Origin: an uncultured Bacilli bacterium
Lineage (GTDB): Bacteria; Bacillota_I; Bacilli_A; RF39; UBA660
Direction: 5' to 3'
Assembly: GCA_934148535.1 (NCBI GenBank)
Contig: CAKPDF010000001.1
Coordinates: 27,025-91,024, forward strand
Length of the DNA: 64,000 nt
Each line of letters opens with the position of its first letter. The stretch's first letter is position 1. The notes beneath the pieces are model-generated. The model had not been told where the DNA came from and ran no database searches. It saw only the letters and a program-made list of their open reading frames with translations. The position numbers were made by a program, and so were the translations under genes. Positions 1 through 9,516 of this stretch are shown here, in pieces.

Positions 1-123
1 ATTATAAGAAGCTGCAATTATCTTATTATCTTTTACTATAACCGCACCTATTGGTACTTCATCTTTTGATAATGCTTTTTTTGCTTTTTCTAAAGCTTTA
101 TTCATAAAGTATTCATCTGTCAT
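1..123 (-). CDS. tadA: tRNA-specific adenosine deaminase (CMP/dCMP deaminase family), N-terminal part; gene runs off the window start
   Basis: Minus-strand ATG at 123. Translation MTDEYFMNKALEKAKKALSKDEVPIGAVIVKDNKIIAAS... matches the typical TadA N-terminus. Truncated by the window edge. Confidence 0.5.
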   Translation of the reverse strand, partial: MTDEYFMNKALEKAKKALSKDEVPIGAVIVKDNKIIAASYN

Positions 124-134
124 TCAATCACTTC

Positions 135-536
135 CTAATAGCAATTTTTATATTTATTGTAAATACTTTCTAATATTTTTTTATCATTATCATAAGTTAA
201 TTTATTTAACGCATCCTTTAGTGGTAACCATAGATAATCATTTACTTCTTCTTGTTGAAGTTTAATATCATTATTTATTGGTAAGGCAACAAAATATATT
301 ACATCTTTTAATATACCTTCTTTAGGACTATATGTTGTCTTTTCTTTTATATTAGTAATAATATTTACATCTAAGTTTGTTTCTTCTTTTATTTCTCTTA
401 AAGCGCAAAGTTCATCTGTTTCATTATTTTCTATATGACCTTTAGGAAAAGCCCAATGTCCAACATTATGTTTAATTAATAATATTTCATCTTTATTATT
501 AATTATAATAGCGCCACAAGATTTTTCTTTTTTCAT
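135..536 (-). CDS. NUDIX hydrolase
   Basis: Nudix box GHWAFPKGHIENNETDELCALREIKEETNL (GX5EX7REUXEEXGU). Confidence 0.7.
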   Translation of the reverse strand: MKKEKSCGAIIINNKDEILLIKHNVGHWAFPKGHIENNETDELCALREIKEETNLDVNIITNIKEKTTYSPKEGILKDVIYFVALPINNDIKLQQEEVNDYLWLPLKDALNKLTYDNDKKILESIYNKYKNCY

Positions 537-591
537 TAATATTACCTTCTTTCTTATAAGATTTTATCATATTAAAGAAAAAAAGAAAAGA

Positions 592-2622
592 CTATCTTTT
601 CTCAGCTTTAGCTATAGCCATATCTGAAATTATTTCGGCAGTCTTTTCTACTCCTAATAAATCACTATTAATACATAAATCATAATTATCAGGCATTCCC
701 CAATTTTTTCCTGTATAGTGTTTATAATGATTACTTCTTAATTTATTAATTCTTTTTATTTCTTTTAAAGCATTTTTCTTATCTATATTATAATGAGTTG
801 TTACTCTTTTTATTTTATCATCCATATCACTATAGATAAACACTTTTAAGATATTTTTTTCATCTTTTAAGATATCGTCAGCGCATCTTCCAATTATTAC
901 ACAAGAAGAAGAAGAAAGGGATTTAATTAATTTTGATTCTTCTAAATATAGATTATCTTGAGTTGTTAATCCTGCTATATTAGAACTGATATTAGCAATA
1001 TTATCTCTTTTTTGTTCGTTTGATTCAATGTAATCTAGAGATAGTCCTGTTTCTTCTGCTAATTTAACCATTATATCTTTATCATAAAATTTAATTCCTA
1101 ACTTTTGAGCTACTAGTCTACCTACATATCTTCCACCAGATCCATATTCTCTTGCTATAGTTATAATAATTTTATTTTTTAAGATATTAGATTCTTTTAT
1201 ATCTTCTGATAAAGCTGTAATATTTACTTCTTTCTTATTTAGATTTTTATTTTCTGTAATTAATAATATTACTGATATTATAAATGCTAAGCCATCTGCT
1301 ATAGGCCCTGCATATAGTACTCCTTTTACTCCAATAATACTACTCATTATAATCATTGCAGGTATTAAGAATAGAATTTGTCTTGATAGTGATAAGAATG
1401 CACTCTTTCCACTTTTTCCTATTGCTTGGAAGAATATTCCCGATACTATTTGAACTGAGTTACATATAGTTAATAAAAGCATTATTCTAAATGTTAAACA
1501 AGCAAATTCATTATATAAATCATTACCAGATCCAAATATTGAAATTAATGGTTCTGGTATAGTTTGGAAAAGAATAAACGCTACTAAACCTACAAATAGA
1601 CTTACTTTTATTACATATTTTAGTGTTTCCTTTACTCTTTTATAATTACTAGCGCCATAATTATAACCAATAATTGGTTGGCTTCCAGCGGCAATGCCAA
1701 TAATTATACTATTTAATATTTGATTTATTTTCATTACTATTCCTATTACTGTTATAGGAATTTCTGTTCCATATTTTGAATAAACACCATATTTAGCAAG
1801 CATATTATTTTGTACTGCTATTACTATAACTATTGACATTTGAGTAATAAAGCTTGATATTCCTAACATTGCTATATTCTTAGTGATATTTAAATTAAAT
1901 TTATAATCTTTCTTTGTTAGAGTAATTGATTTAAATTTTCTTAAATATGCTATATTCATTATAAATGTTACTATTTGACTTATTACAGTTGCTATTGCAG
2001 CACCTTTTACTTGCATATGAAATACAAATATAAATATTGGATCTAATATTATATTTAATATTGCTCCTGTTACCATTGATGTCATAGCGTATTTAGGACT
2101 TCCATCTGCTCTTATTATTGAATTTAATGTTGTACCTATCATTACAAATGGTAATCCTAATGCTATTACATATCCATATTCTAAGGCAAATTTCTTTAAG
2201 GCTTTTGTACAACCAAAAAGATATATTAATTTTGGTAGAAATATTAAACATATTATACATAATAACAAAGATACAATTACTGATGATATAATACCGTTAC
2301 ATACTCCTTTTTTGGCTTCATCTTTTTTCTTTTCTCCTAATTTCAAACTTAGATAAGCACTTGTTCCATCTCCTAGCATTAAAGCAAATGCTAAGGCTAC
2401 TACTGTTATTGGGAATATTATATTAGTAGCACCATTACCTAAATATCCTACTCCCCATCCTATATATATTTGGTCTACTATATTATATAAGGCATTTACT
2501 ACTAAAGATATTATACAGGGAATAGAAAATTTTTTCATTAAGGTTTTGATATTTTCATATCCTAAGATATTTTCTTCTTTTTTCATTATTTCACTCCTTT
2601 TCTTTTTGAGATAAAAAGACAA
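592..2622 (-). CDS. MATE-family efflux transporter fused to a C-terminal cytidylate-kinase-like (Cytidylate_kin2) domain
   Basis: The N-terminal ~460 aa is polytopic with MATE-like motifs (NIVDQIYIGWGVGYLGNGATNIIFPI). The C-terminal ~200 aa (IIITIAREYGSGGRYVGRLVAQKLGIKFYDKDIMVKLAEETG...) matches cytidylate-kinase-like family proteins. It is one uninterrupted ORF. Confidence 0.55.
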   Translation of the reverse strand: MSFYLKKKRSEIMKKEENILGYENIKTLMKKFSIPCIISLVVNALYNIVDQIYIGWGVGYLGNGATNIIFPITVVALAFALMLGDGTSAYLSLKLGEKKKDEAKKGVCNGIISSVIVSLLLCIICLIFLPKLIYLFGCTKALKKFALEYGYVIALGLPFVMIGTTLNSIIRADGSPKYAMTSMVTGAILNIILDPIFIFVFHMQVKGAAIATVISQIVTFIMNIAYLRKFKSITLTKKDYKFNLNITKNIAMLGISSFITQMSIVIVIAVQNNMLAKYGVYSKYGTEIPITVIGIVMKINQILNSIIIGIAAGSQPIIGYNYGASNYKRVKETLKYVIKVSLFVGLVAFILFQTIPEPLISIFGSGNDLYNEFACLTFRIMLLLTICNSVQIVSGIFFQAIGKSGKSAFLSLSRQILFLIPAMIIMSSIIGVKGVLYAGPIADGLAFIISVILLITENKNLNKKEVNITALSEDIKESNILKNKIIITIAREYGSGGRYVGRLVAQKLGIKFYDKDIMVKLAEETGLSLDYIESNEQKRDNIANISSNIAGLTTQDNLYLEESKLIKSLSSSSCVIIGRCADDILKDEKNILKVFIYSDMDDKIKRVTTHYNIDKKNALKEIKRINKLRSNHYKHYTGKNWGMPDNYDLCINSDLLGVEKTAEIISDMAIAKAEKR

Positions 2623-2689
2623 TACTACTTGTATTGCTCTTTTACCGGCTTTTCCATTATAACACTTTTTTCTTTTTTGTGTAAGTAAT

Positions 2690-2983
2690 TTATTTAATTT
2701 TTCTTCTATATTTACTTTCTAAGTGTTTTTTAGCAATTCTTACTACTGTTAAATAAATTTTGTTGTTTTCTTCTATTTCATTTTCTGATAGATGTAACTT
2801 ATTACTTTTACTGAAATAGTCTAAAAATTTATTTATTGATATTTTCTTTTTAAATAAATAGCCATCTTCTTCTATATACTTATTCATAAGTTCTAATAAT
2901 TCTTTAATAAATTCAATTTTTTCTTCTTGTGGTAGAGATAATAGTTCTTCATCAGTCATTTCTAAATACTTATTTATATCCAT
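2690..2983 (-). CDS. hypothetical small acidic protein
   Basis: 97-aa ORF with no recognisable motif. Confidence 0.3.
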   Translation of the reverse strand: MDINKYLEMTDEELLSLPQEEKIEFIKELLELMNKYIEEDGYLFKKKISINKFLDYFSKSNKLHLSENEIEENNKIYLTVVRIAKKHLESKYRRKIK

Positions 2984-3083
2984 GATAAACCTTCTTTCGA
3001 CTTAGTATTATATATGAAGTTTAACTAGAAGTCAACTGTTATTTATTTACAATATATTACTATATATAAAGTATATTCTAATT

Positions 3084-3105
3084 AAAAAAGCAAGAGTTTT
3101 CTTGC
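3084..3105 (-). terminator. rho-independent terminator downstream of fhs
   Basis: Minus-strand hairpin GCAAG-AAAACT-CTTGC followed by a TTTTTT run, just 3' of the fhs stop. Confidence 0.5.
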
Positions 3106-3179
3106 TTATACTTAATTATTTTATATATTTCTATAAATTATTTAATAAAAATGATATAGTAGTAATTTTTACTATTTTT

Positions 3180-4805
3180 TTAAGATAATCCAACTATATT
3201 ACCATCACTATCTATATCAATTCTTTCATAGTTGGCATGTTTACTTAAACCAGGCATGGTCATTATATCACCTAAATATACAGTAATAAAACCTGCTCCT
3301 GCATATAGAGTAATATCTCTAACTGTTACTGAATAATTTTTAGGATATCCTAATAAGTCTTTATTATCACTAATAGAATACTGAGTTTTTGCAATACATA
3401 CTGGTAATTTATCCATACCTATATTTTCTATATTATTAATTTTTTCTATAGCGTTATCACTATAATTAATATTAGAAGCATGATATATTTCCCTACATAT
3501 TGTTTCAATCTTATCATAAATAGATAAATTAGTATCATATAGCATCTTAAAATCATTTTCTTTATCACAGATATTTACTACTTTCTCTGCTAATTCTATT
3601 GCTCCACTACCACCATTAGAATATGCAGAACTAATAGCAAATTCTACATTCTTAGATTTTACAAATTTTTCTATAATATTTATTTCTTCTATTGTATCAG
3701 TATCATATTTATTTAAACATACTACTATATTAGAAGTATATTTAAGCATATTTTCAATATGTACTTCTAAATTACAAATTCCCCTACTTAGTGCTTCTAC
3801 ATTTTCTTTTAATATATCTTCTTTACCAATGCCAGCATTATATTTTAAAGCTTTAATAGTACAAACTAAAACAATACAATCTGGTTTAAAATTACCATAT
3901 CTGCATTTAATATCCAAAAACTTTTCTGCTCCTAAATCAGAACCAAATCCTGCTTCAGTAACAACATAAGGAGATAGCTTAAGTCCTAAATCAGTAGCAA
4001 TTATACTATTACAACCATGTGCTATATTAGCAAAAGGTCCTCCATGAATAATGACTGGATTATTTTCTAACGTTTGTACTAAATTAGGCTTAATAGCATC
4101 TTTTAAAAGTACTGCTAAAGAACCAGTTAGTTTTAAATCACTACATCTTATAGGTTTTCCTTTAGAATTATATCCAACAATAATGTTAGAAAGTTTATTA
4201 TATAAATCATCAAAGTCTTTGCTTAAACATAAAACACTCATAATTTCACAGGCAGATGTTATATTAAACTTATCGTCTCTATTTAAAACATGAACTTTTC
4301 TTAAAGCCCTATCATTCATATCCATACATCTATAAAAAGAAATTTCTTTAAAATCTAGTTCATTTCCAAAATAAATATGATTATCAATAGCAGCACATAT
4401 CAAATTATTAGCACTTTCTATTGCGTGTATATCTCCAGTAAAATGAAGATTAATATCTTCCATAGGTACTACTTGAGAGTATCCTCCGCCACAGGCACCA
4501 CCTTTAACTCCGAATACTGGACCTAAAGAAGGCTCTCTTAAAACAGCAATACTATTCTTATCTATTTTATTTAAACCATCAACTAATCCAATACTAACTG
4601 TAGTTTTTCCCTCTCCATATGGAGTTGGATTAATAGATGTAACAAGAATTAATTTACCAGATCTGTCTTTTTTTATTTTGTTATATTCTATTTTTGCTTT
4701 GTCATTACCATATAAGATAAGATTATCTTCTATTCCAAGTTTCTTTCCAATTATTTTAATATTTTCCTTTTTACAATTTCTAGCAATTTCAATATCACTT
4801 ATCAT
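3180..4805 (-). CDS. fhs: formate--tetrahydrofolate ligase
   Basis: P-loop-like PTPYGEGKTTVSIGL and an overall Fhs-like sequence of 541 aa. Confidence 0.9.
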   Translation of the reverse strand: MISDIEIARNCKKENIKIIGKKLGIEDNLILYGNDKAKIEYNKIKKDRSGKLILVTSINPTPYGEGKTTVSIGLVDGLNKIDKNSIAVLREPSLGPVFGVKGGACGGGYSQVVPMEDINLHFTGDIHAIESANNLICAAIDNHIYFGNELDFKEISFYRCMDMNDRALRKVHVLNRDDKFNITSACEIMSVLCLSKDFDDLYNKLSNIIVGYNSKGKPIRCSDLKLTGSLAVLLKDAIKPNLVQTLENNPVIIHGGPFANIAHGCNSIIATDLGLKLSPYVVTEAGFGSDLGAEKFLDIKCRYGNFKPDCIVLVCTIKALKYNAGIGKEDILKENVEALSRGICNLEVHIENMLKYTSNIVVCLNKYDTDTIEEINIIEKFVKSKNVEFAISSAYSNGGSGAIELAEKVVNICDKENDFKMLYDTNLSIYDKIETICREIYHASNINYSDNAIEKINNIENIGMDKLPVCIAKTQYSISDNKDLLGYPKNYSVTVRDITLYAGAGFITVYLGDIMTMPGLSKHANYERIDIDSDGNIVGLS

Positions 4806-4811
4806 ATTATA

Positions 4812-6131
4812 TCACCTTTCCTTAGCCGCTTTAAACATTTTCTTCCATATATGACTACCAGAATAATTTAAAATACCTACTTTATATATCTTAAGTCCAT
4901 ACTTCATTAAAATAAATAGTGTTCCTAACATTAAACATATAGATATAATTATGTCTATAATTTCTATATCTCCAAGTATATATAAAGAAGGAGATAACAT
5001 AGTACCTATAAAAGGAACATAGGATAATACTCTAATAAAGATACTACCATTAAACATAGAGGCCATTATAGATAAATAATAACCTGCTAAACTAGTTAAA
5101 ACTATAGGAGTTTGTACCTGCTGATAATCTTCCATACTAGTAGTCATTGAAGCACATATAGCAGATAATAAAGAATATCCTATAAAAGATAAGATAATTA
5201 ATATTAAACTAAGTATTAAAACTAAAATTATATTTCTATTTAAAGTTATATTTTTAATACTATCCATAACATCTATACCACTACTACCTAATATAGAATT
5301 AAAGTCAAAACTTCCACATATATTAAATCTAATATATACACCTATTAATATGTATGCTAACAATAATATACCTTGTAATAATACAAATATATTACCTGAT
5401 AATAACTTAGAAATAAAATGAGTTTTAGGAGAAACATTAGAAATAATAATTTCCATACCTTTAGTAGATTTTTCTTCATTTATTTCTGCTCCTATCATTT
5501 GAATTAAAAACATAGTAAGCATAAATACAGGAAGTATTACTATAGGAAATACTACTCCCATAAATATTTCATTATCATTTTTACTATTTTTGTTTAATAT
5601 TTCTCTTTCAATACTAATACTTTTATTTATATTCATCATAGTATTTGTATCAATACCATTTACAAGTAATGCTTTTTCTTTTTTTATATTATCAAGGCAA
5701 TTAGTAATACTCTGATACGTTATAGTATCTATCTTATCATTACTAACTATTTTTGCATTCATATAATTATAATCATCTTTATTAACTACTACTAAAATAC
5801 TATTATTATCATCACTTTTCTTTACTTTAGATACAAACTTATCATAGGATTCTATAGTATCTATATTCATGTTTAGTGACAATAAATTAGAATATTCATT
5901 CATACTATTTTCAAATTCATCTAATATATCATAATTAGTATTATCAACTACATATATAATAGTCTCTTTACTAAAATCACCTCCAAAAAATTTAATGACG
6001 CTATCAATATTTAAAAGACCTATAATCAATATAGCAAATATAATGTTAGCAACTAAAAACCATTTGGATTTAATCTTTTTATTTAAACTAACCTTTGTTA
6101 AATATTTTAGTTTTTTATTCATATTTTTCAC
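4812..6131 (-). CDS. ABC-2 type transporter permease
   Basis: Polytopic membrane protein that overlaps the upstream ABC ATPase gene. This is the typical NatB-like layout. Confidence 0.6.
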   Translation of the reverse strand: MKNMNKKLKYLTKVSLNKKIKSKWFLVANIIFAILIIGLLNIDSVIKFFGGDFSKETIIYVVDNTNYDILDEFENSMNEYSNLLSLNMNIDTIESYDKFVSKVKKSDDNNSILVVVNKDDYNYMNAKIVSNDKIDTITYQSITNCLDNIKKEKALLVNGIDTNTMMNINKSISIEREILNKNSKNDNEIFMGVVFPIVILPVFMLTMFLIQMIGAEINEEKSTKGMEIIISNVSPKTHFISKLLSGNIFVLLQGILLLAYILIGVYIRFNICGSFDFNSILGSSGIDVMDSIKNITLNRNIILVLILSLILIILSFIGYSLLSAICASMTTSMEDYQQVQTPIVLTSLAGYYLSIMASMFNGSIFIRVLSYVPFIGTMLSPSLYILGDIEIIDIIISICLMLGTLFILMKYGLKIYKVGILNYSGSHIWKKMFKAAKER

Positions 6132-7011
6132 CTACTATGCTTACAAATATTTCATTTAAACTAGCATCTTCTACACTAAATTTATAAATATTAGGAAATT
6201 TACTAATACATTTAAATATTGAAGAAACATAACTATCATCACTAATTTTTATCTCATATTCATCTTTATTTTTAATAACAGAAATAACACCTTTTTGTTT
6301 TAACAATACATCAGGATCTATATCACCACATACTAAAATATTTTTCTTCTTATAATCATTCTTTATATCTTTTAAATATCCTTTAATAACAGTTTTTCCT
6401 TTTACTAAAATAACCAGTTTTTCACAAAAATACTCTACATGATCTAATCTATGTGAAGAAAATATTATACTAGTTCCTTGTTTTTTTAAATTTAGGATAA
6501 TATTTTTAAATAATTCTACATTAATAGGGTCAAGCCCTGAAAATGGTTCATCTAATATTAGTAGTTTAGGCTCATGTATTATAGCGCAGATAAATTGAAT
6601 CTTTTGTTGATTTCCTTTGGATAATTCTTTAATTTTTTTATCTTTAACATCATCCATATGTAACAAACTTAAATATTTATCTAAAGTACTTTCTATTTTA
6701 TCTTCATCCATTCCTTTTAAAACACCATAATATTTTACTTGTTCTAATACAGTCATCTTAGTAAGAAGACTTCTTTCTTCTGTTAGAAAACCAATTTTGT
6801 CAGTAACATCATAATCTATCTTTTTACCATCTAATGTAATAGTACCAGTATAATCATCAATAAGTCCCATAATCATTCTAAACGTAGTTGTTTTTCCAGC
6901 ACCATTAAGGCCTAAAAGACCTAATATTTCTCCAGATTTAACCTCAAAAGAAAGATTGTCAACTGCTAATAAATCACCATAATATTTACTAACATTTACT
7001 ACTTTTAACAA
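6115..7011 (-). CDS. ABC transporter ATP-binding protein
   Basis: Walker A GLNGAGKTTTF and ABC signature LSKGNQQKIQF, followed by LLILDEPFSGLDP. Confidence 0.85.
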   Translation of the reverse strand: MLKVVNVSKYYGDLLAVDNLSFEVKSGEILGLLGLNGAGKTTTFRMIMGLIDDYTGTITLDGKKIDYDVTDKIGFLTEERSLLTKMTVLEQVKYYGVLKGMDEDKIESTLDKYLSLLHMDDVKDKKIKELSKGNQQKIQFICAIIHEPKLLILDEPFSGLDPINVELFKNIILNLKKQGTSIIFSSHRLDHVEYFCEKLVILVKGKTVIKGYLKDIKNDYKKKNILVCGDIDPDVLLKQKGVISVIKNKDEYEIKISDDSYVSSIFKCISKFPNIYKFSVEDASLNEIFVSIVGEKYE

Positions 7012-7228
7012 TTAAACCAACTCCTCTCATAATCATTATATCATCTAATTATAAATAGTCAAAGAATATTTTCTTACTATTTTATTTGAGTATATAATAA
7101 TATTATTATAAATAAAAATATATCCTAATAAAAAAATTACTCATAAATAATTTATGAATAATATAATATAAATTCAACCATTAAATAACTATTAAAATAT
7201 ATTAGTATTTATATTGATGTATTGTATT

Positions 7229-7693
7229 CTAATTAATATAAACTAAAGTATTATTATCATTATCTTTATATACACCTAACATCTCTATAACAATATTCTT
7301 TATCTCATTTTTGTCTTCTAATTTTTCTATTTCTTTATCATATTTTTCTATCTTTTCATTTAACTTATTATCTAAAGAATAATACTCACTAACAATAACT
7401 TCTCCCTCATAAGTACTTTTAATCTTATCTATATTATTTTTATTTTCAGTAATACCAATAATAGCCTTATACAAACCATCATCTTCATAATAAACATAGT
7501 TATTAACACTAGTATTACTAACCATACTATCATAAGTAGAATATGCTCCTGCTTGAATTAAATATATTTTAGTATCATTTAAAGATTTAGATGCACTATC
7601 AACATAAATGCTACATACTAACTTACCACAAATACTTCCACATATAATTGCTAAAAAAATAGGTATAATACCACGTTTGATCTTACTTATCAT
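7229..7693 (-). CDS. membrane-anchored protein with a SPOR-like domain
   Basis: N-terminal TM helix, then IYLIQAGAYSTYDSMVSN...YVYYEDDGLYKAIIGI, which resembles the SPOR repeat consensus (Y.VQ.GAF...G....DG.YRV.VG). Confidence 0.35.
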   Translation of the reverse strand: MISKIKRGIIPIFLAIICGSICGKLVCSIYVDSASKSLNDTKIYLIQAGAYSTYDSMVSNTSVNNYVYYEDDGLYKAIIGITENKNNIDKIKSTYEGEVIVSEYYSLDNKLNEKIEKYDKEIEKLEDKNEIKNIVIEMLGVYKDNDNNTLVYIN

Positions 7694-7745
7694 AATATCA
7701 CCAAACTAATAATATACCTATATAATTAAATAATTTGTCGAATTA

Positions 7746-8846
7746 TTACTTGAATTTATAATAAAATAGTAAATTTGTAGATGGTAATTCATATTTATCA
7801 CTATCTTCATTATTAATATATTTTTTTACATTTTCTTCAGATAATGCATCATTATAAACTAAAACATCCTTAACTGTAATTTTACTAAGACCATTAACAC
7901 TACCATCAGCATCTGGATTACCCCCTACAACTATTGGAGTACTGCTTTTTTTAACTTTACCAGTAAAATCTGCTTCAGCTGAATAATCATTTATATATAA
8001 CTTCATCTTTCCTTTATCATAAACTCCCACTATACTATACCAAGTGTTAGCAGTTACTTTGATTGTAGATTTAGTTTGCTTATATCCACCATCTACGTAT
8101 AATTCGTAAAATATAGTATTATTGGTTGTTTTTACTAGACCGCCACCTGCTGATTCCCAATTTCCAATTATATGTTGTTGCCCATCTGAATTTAAATCAT
8201 TAAATTTAACTTTTATCATAATAGTAATTTTATCATTAAAGTCATAATTATTTAAACCACAATTAACATAAGAATTATTTCCACTAAAAAAGGCCCCATC
8301 AGTATCAGTAGTAACATTATTCTTAAAGCCAATATTCCCTCTTTCTGAATAATCAAATACCATATTATCACTAGTAAATTCTATAGCATAAGGAATAAAT
8401 AGTTTTATACTATAATCTTCATCATTATAAATATTTGTAATTGGAATAACTATAGAAGTATACTTGCTATTAGAAGTAAAGGCCATATCTCCTATTTCTA
8501 AAGTATTACCCATATTTTTTGTATAATTATTATATGTTATATCTTTGGTAGTATTATTTATCGTCAATTTCCTTGTATAGTTTTTTAAATCGTGTTCATC
8601 CCAATAAGTAAAGGTTACTACGTTATTATCTTTTTCTACTTTAGTTAGAGTATAATTATTAATATCTTCCATTATTTTATTTGTTATAATGTTTTTATTA
8701 TTAGTAAATGTTATAGACTTGTAAATATCTTCATCAGTTCTACTAAAAGAAATAGTAAGTCTAACTAAAAAGAATGCAATTCCCATAGCAAGTACTGATG
8801 CAACAATTATCTCTACTATTAAATAACCTTTTCTATTTAATTTCAT
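7746..8846 (-). CDS. prepilin-type N-terminal cleavage/methylation-domain protein (large minor pilin/pseudopilin) with a C-terminal LamG/concanavalin-like domain
   Basis: Start reassigned to the ATG at 8846, which has an AGGTGAT RBS. Leader MKLNRKG, then YLIVEIIVASVLAMGIA (Gly at -1, Glu at +5, hydrophobic helix). The C-terminus shows a LamG-like pattern (..GKVKKSSTPIVVGGNPDADGS..). Confidence 0.5.
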   Translation of the reverse strand: MKLNRKGYLIVEIIVASVLAMGIAFFLVRLTISFSRTDEDIYKSITFTNNKNIITNKIMEDINNYTLTKVEKDNNVVTFTYWDEHDLKNYTRKLTINNTTKDITYNNYTKNMGNTLEIGDMAFTSNSKYTSIVIPITNIYNDEDYSIKLFIPYAIEFTSDNMVFDYSERGNIGFKNNVTTDTDGAFFSGNNSYVNCGLNNYDFNDKITIMIKVKFNDLNSDGQQHIIGNWESAGGGLVKTTNNTIFYELYVDGGYKQTKSTIKVTANTWYSIVGVYDKGKMKLYINDYSAEADFTGKVKKSSTPIVVGGNPDADGSVNGLSKITVKDVLVYNDALSEENVKKYINNEDSDKYELPSTNLLFYYKFK

Positions 8847-8853
8847 ATACATA

Positions 8854-9429
8854 TCACCTAATCCTATAATAACCAAAATATTGATAATCACCATTTTCTA
8901 ATTCTACAATAATAATATAATTAAATTTTTGTTTTTCTTCATCTATCTCATCTTTCTCCGCGAAATTTAAAGAAGTATTCAAATAATCAAGATAATCTTT
9001 AAATCTAACATCAAAACCAGAAACATTACTATTATCTTTATTTACTGCATTAACATTATAAGGAAATATTATTGCATTCTTTATATTATATGTATCTATT
9101 AATCCATCACAAATATTTTTTTCTATATCATTACATTTTGTTCCTTCTTCTGTCTCTTCTATTATTTTATAATTCCTAGAAGCAACCGGCTCACTATCTT
9201 GTTTTTCTATCTTTTTCAAAGCCTCGACAAATTTATCAGAAGAAACCAAATATTTATAAATACTCTCACCAGCATAGACAGCGTCTACATTATAATAATA
9301 ACTTCTTTCTGTATAAACGATATACATTTTATTAAATATAGTATAAAGTCCTACTAAAGTACCCAAAATAACAGTAGAAACAATAATAACCTCAGCCATC
9401 ATAAAACCTTTACAATTTAATTTTATCAT
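8854..9429 (-). CDS. prepilin-type pseudopilin (minor pilin-like)
   Basis: Start reassigned to the ATG at 9429 (RBS AAGGTGTG); the longer track ORF would overlap the divergent ATPase gene. Leader MIKLNCKG, then FMMAEVIIVSTVILGTLVGL (class III signal, Glu at +5). Confidence 0.5.
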   Translation of the reverse strand: MIKLNCKGFMMAEVIIVSTVILGTLVGLYTIFNKMYIVYTERSYYYNVDAVYAGESIYKYLVSSDKFVEALKKIEKQDSEPVASRNYKIIEETEEGTKCNDIEKNICDGLIDTYNIKNAIIFPYNVNAVNKDNSNVSGFDVRFKDYLDYLNTSLNFAEKDEIDEEKQKFNYIIIVELENGDYQYFGYYRIR

Positions 9430-9516
9430 ACACTTTTCACACCTTTTACTTGCTATTATAACAATATTATTATATAATATAAATAGAATAAAGTAAAGAA
9501 TAAAGAAGGGATAAAT

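Noticed and set aside
592-2622. Possibility that the MATE–cytidylate-kinase-like ORF is an annotation or sequencing artefact
   Set aside because: Not rejected outright. The reading frame is continuous in the given sequence, so it is reported as a fusion, with a note that read-level verification is needed.
4051-4293. Numerous 60-170 aa plus-strand ORFs lying antisense inside minus-strand genes (for example 4051..4293, 14934..15245, 16761..16976, 30487..30909, 39747..40195, 40389..40841, 47006..47512)
   Set aside because: Their translations are low-complexity (Leu/Phe/Ser/Ile-rich), as expected from AT-rich antisense frames. Each is fully embedded in a well-supported gene on the other strand and lacks an RBS.
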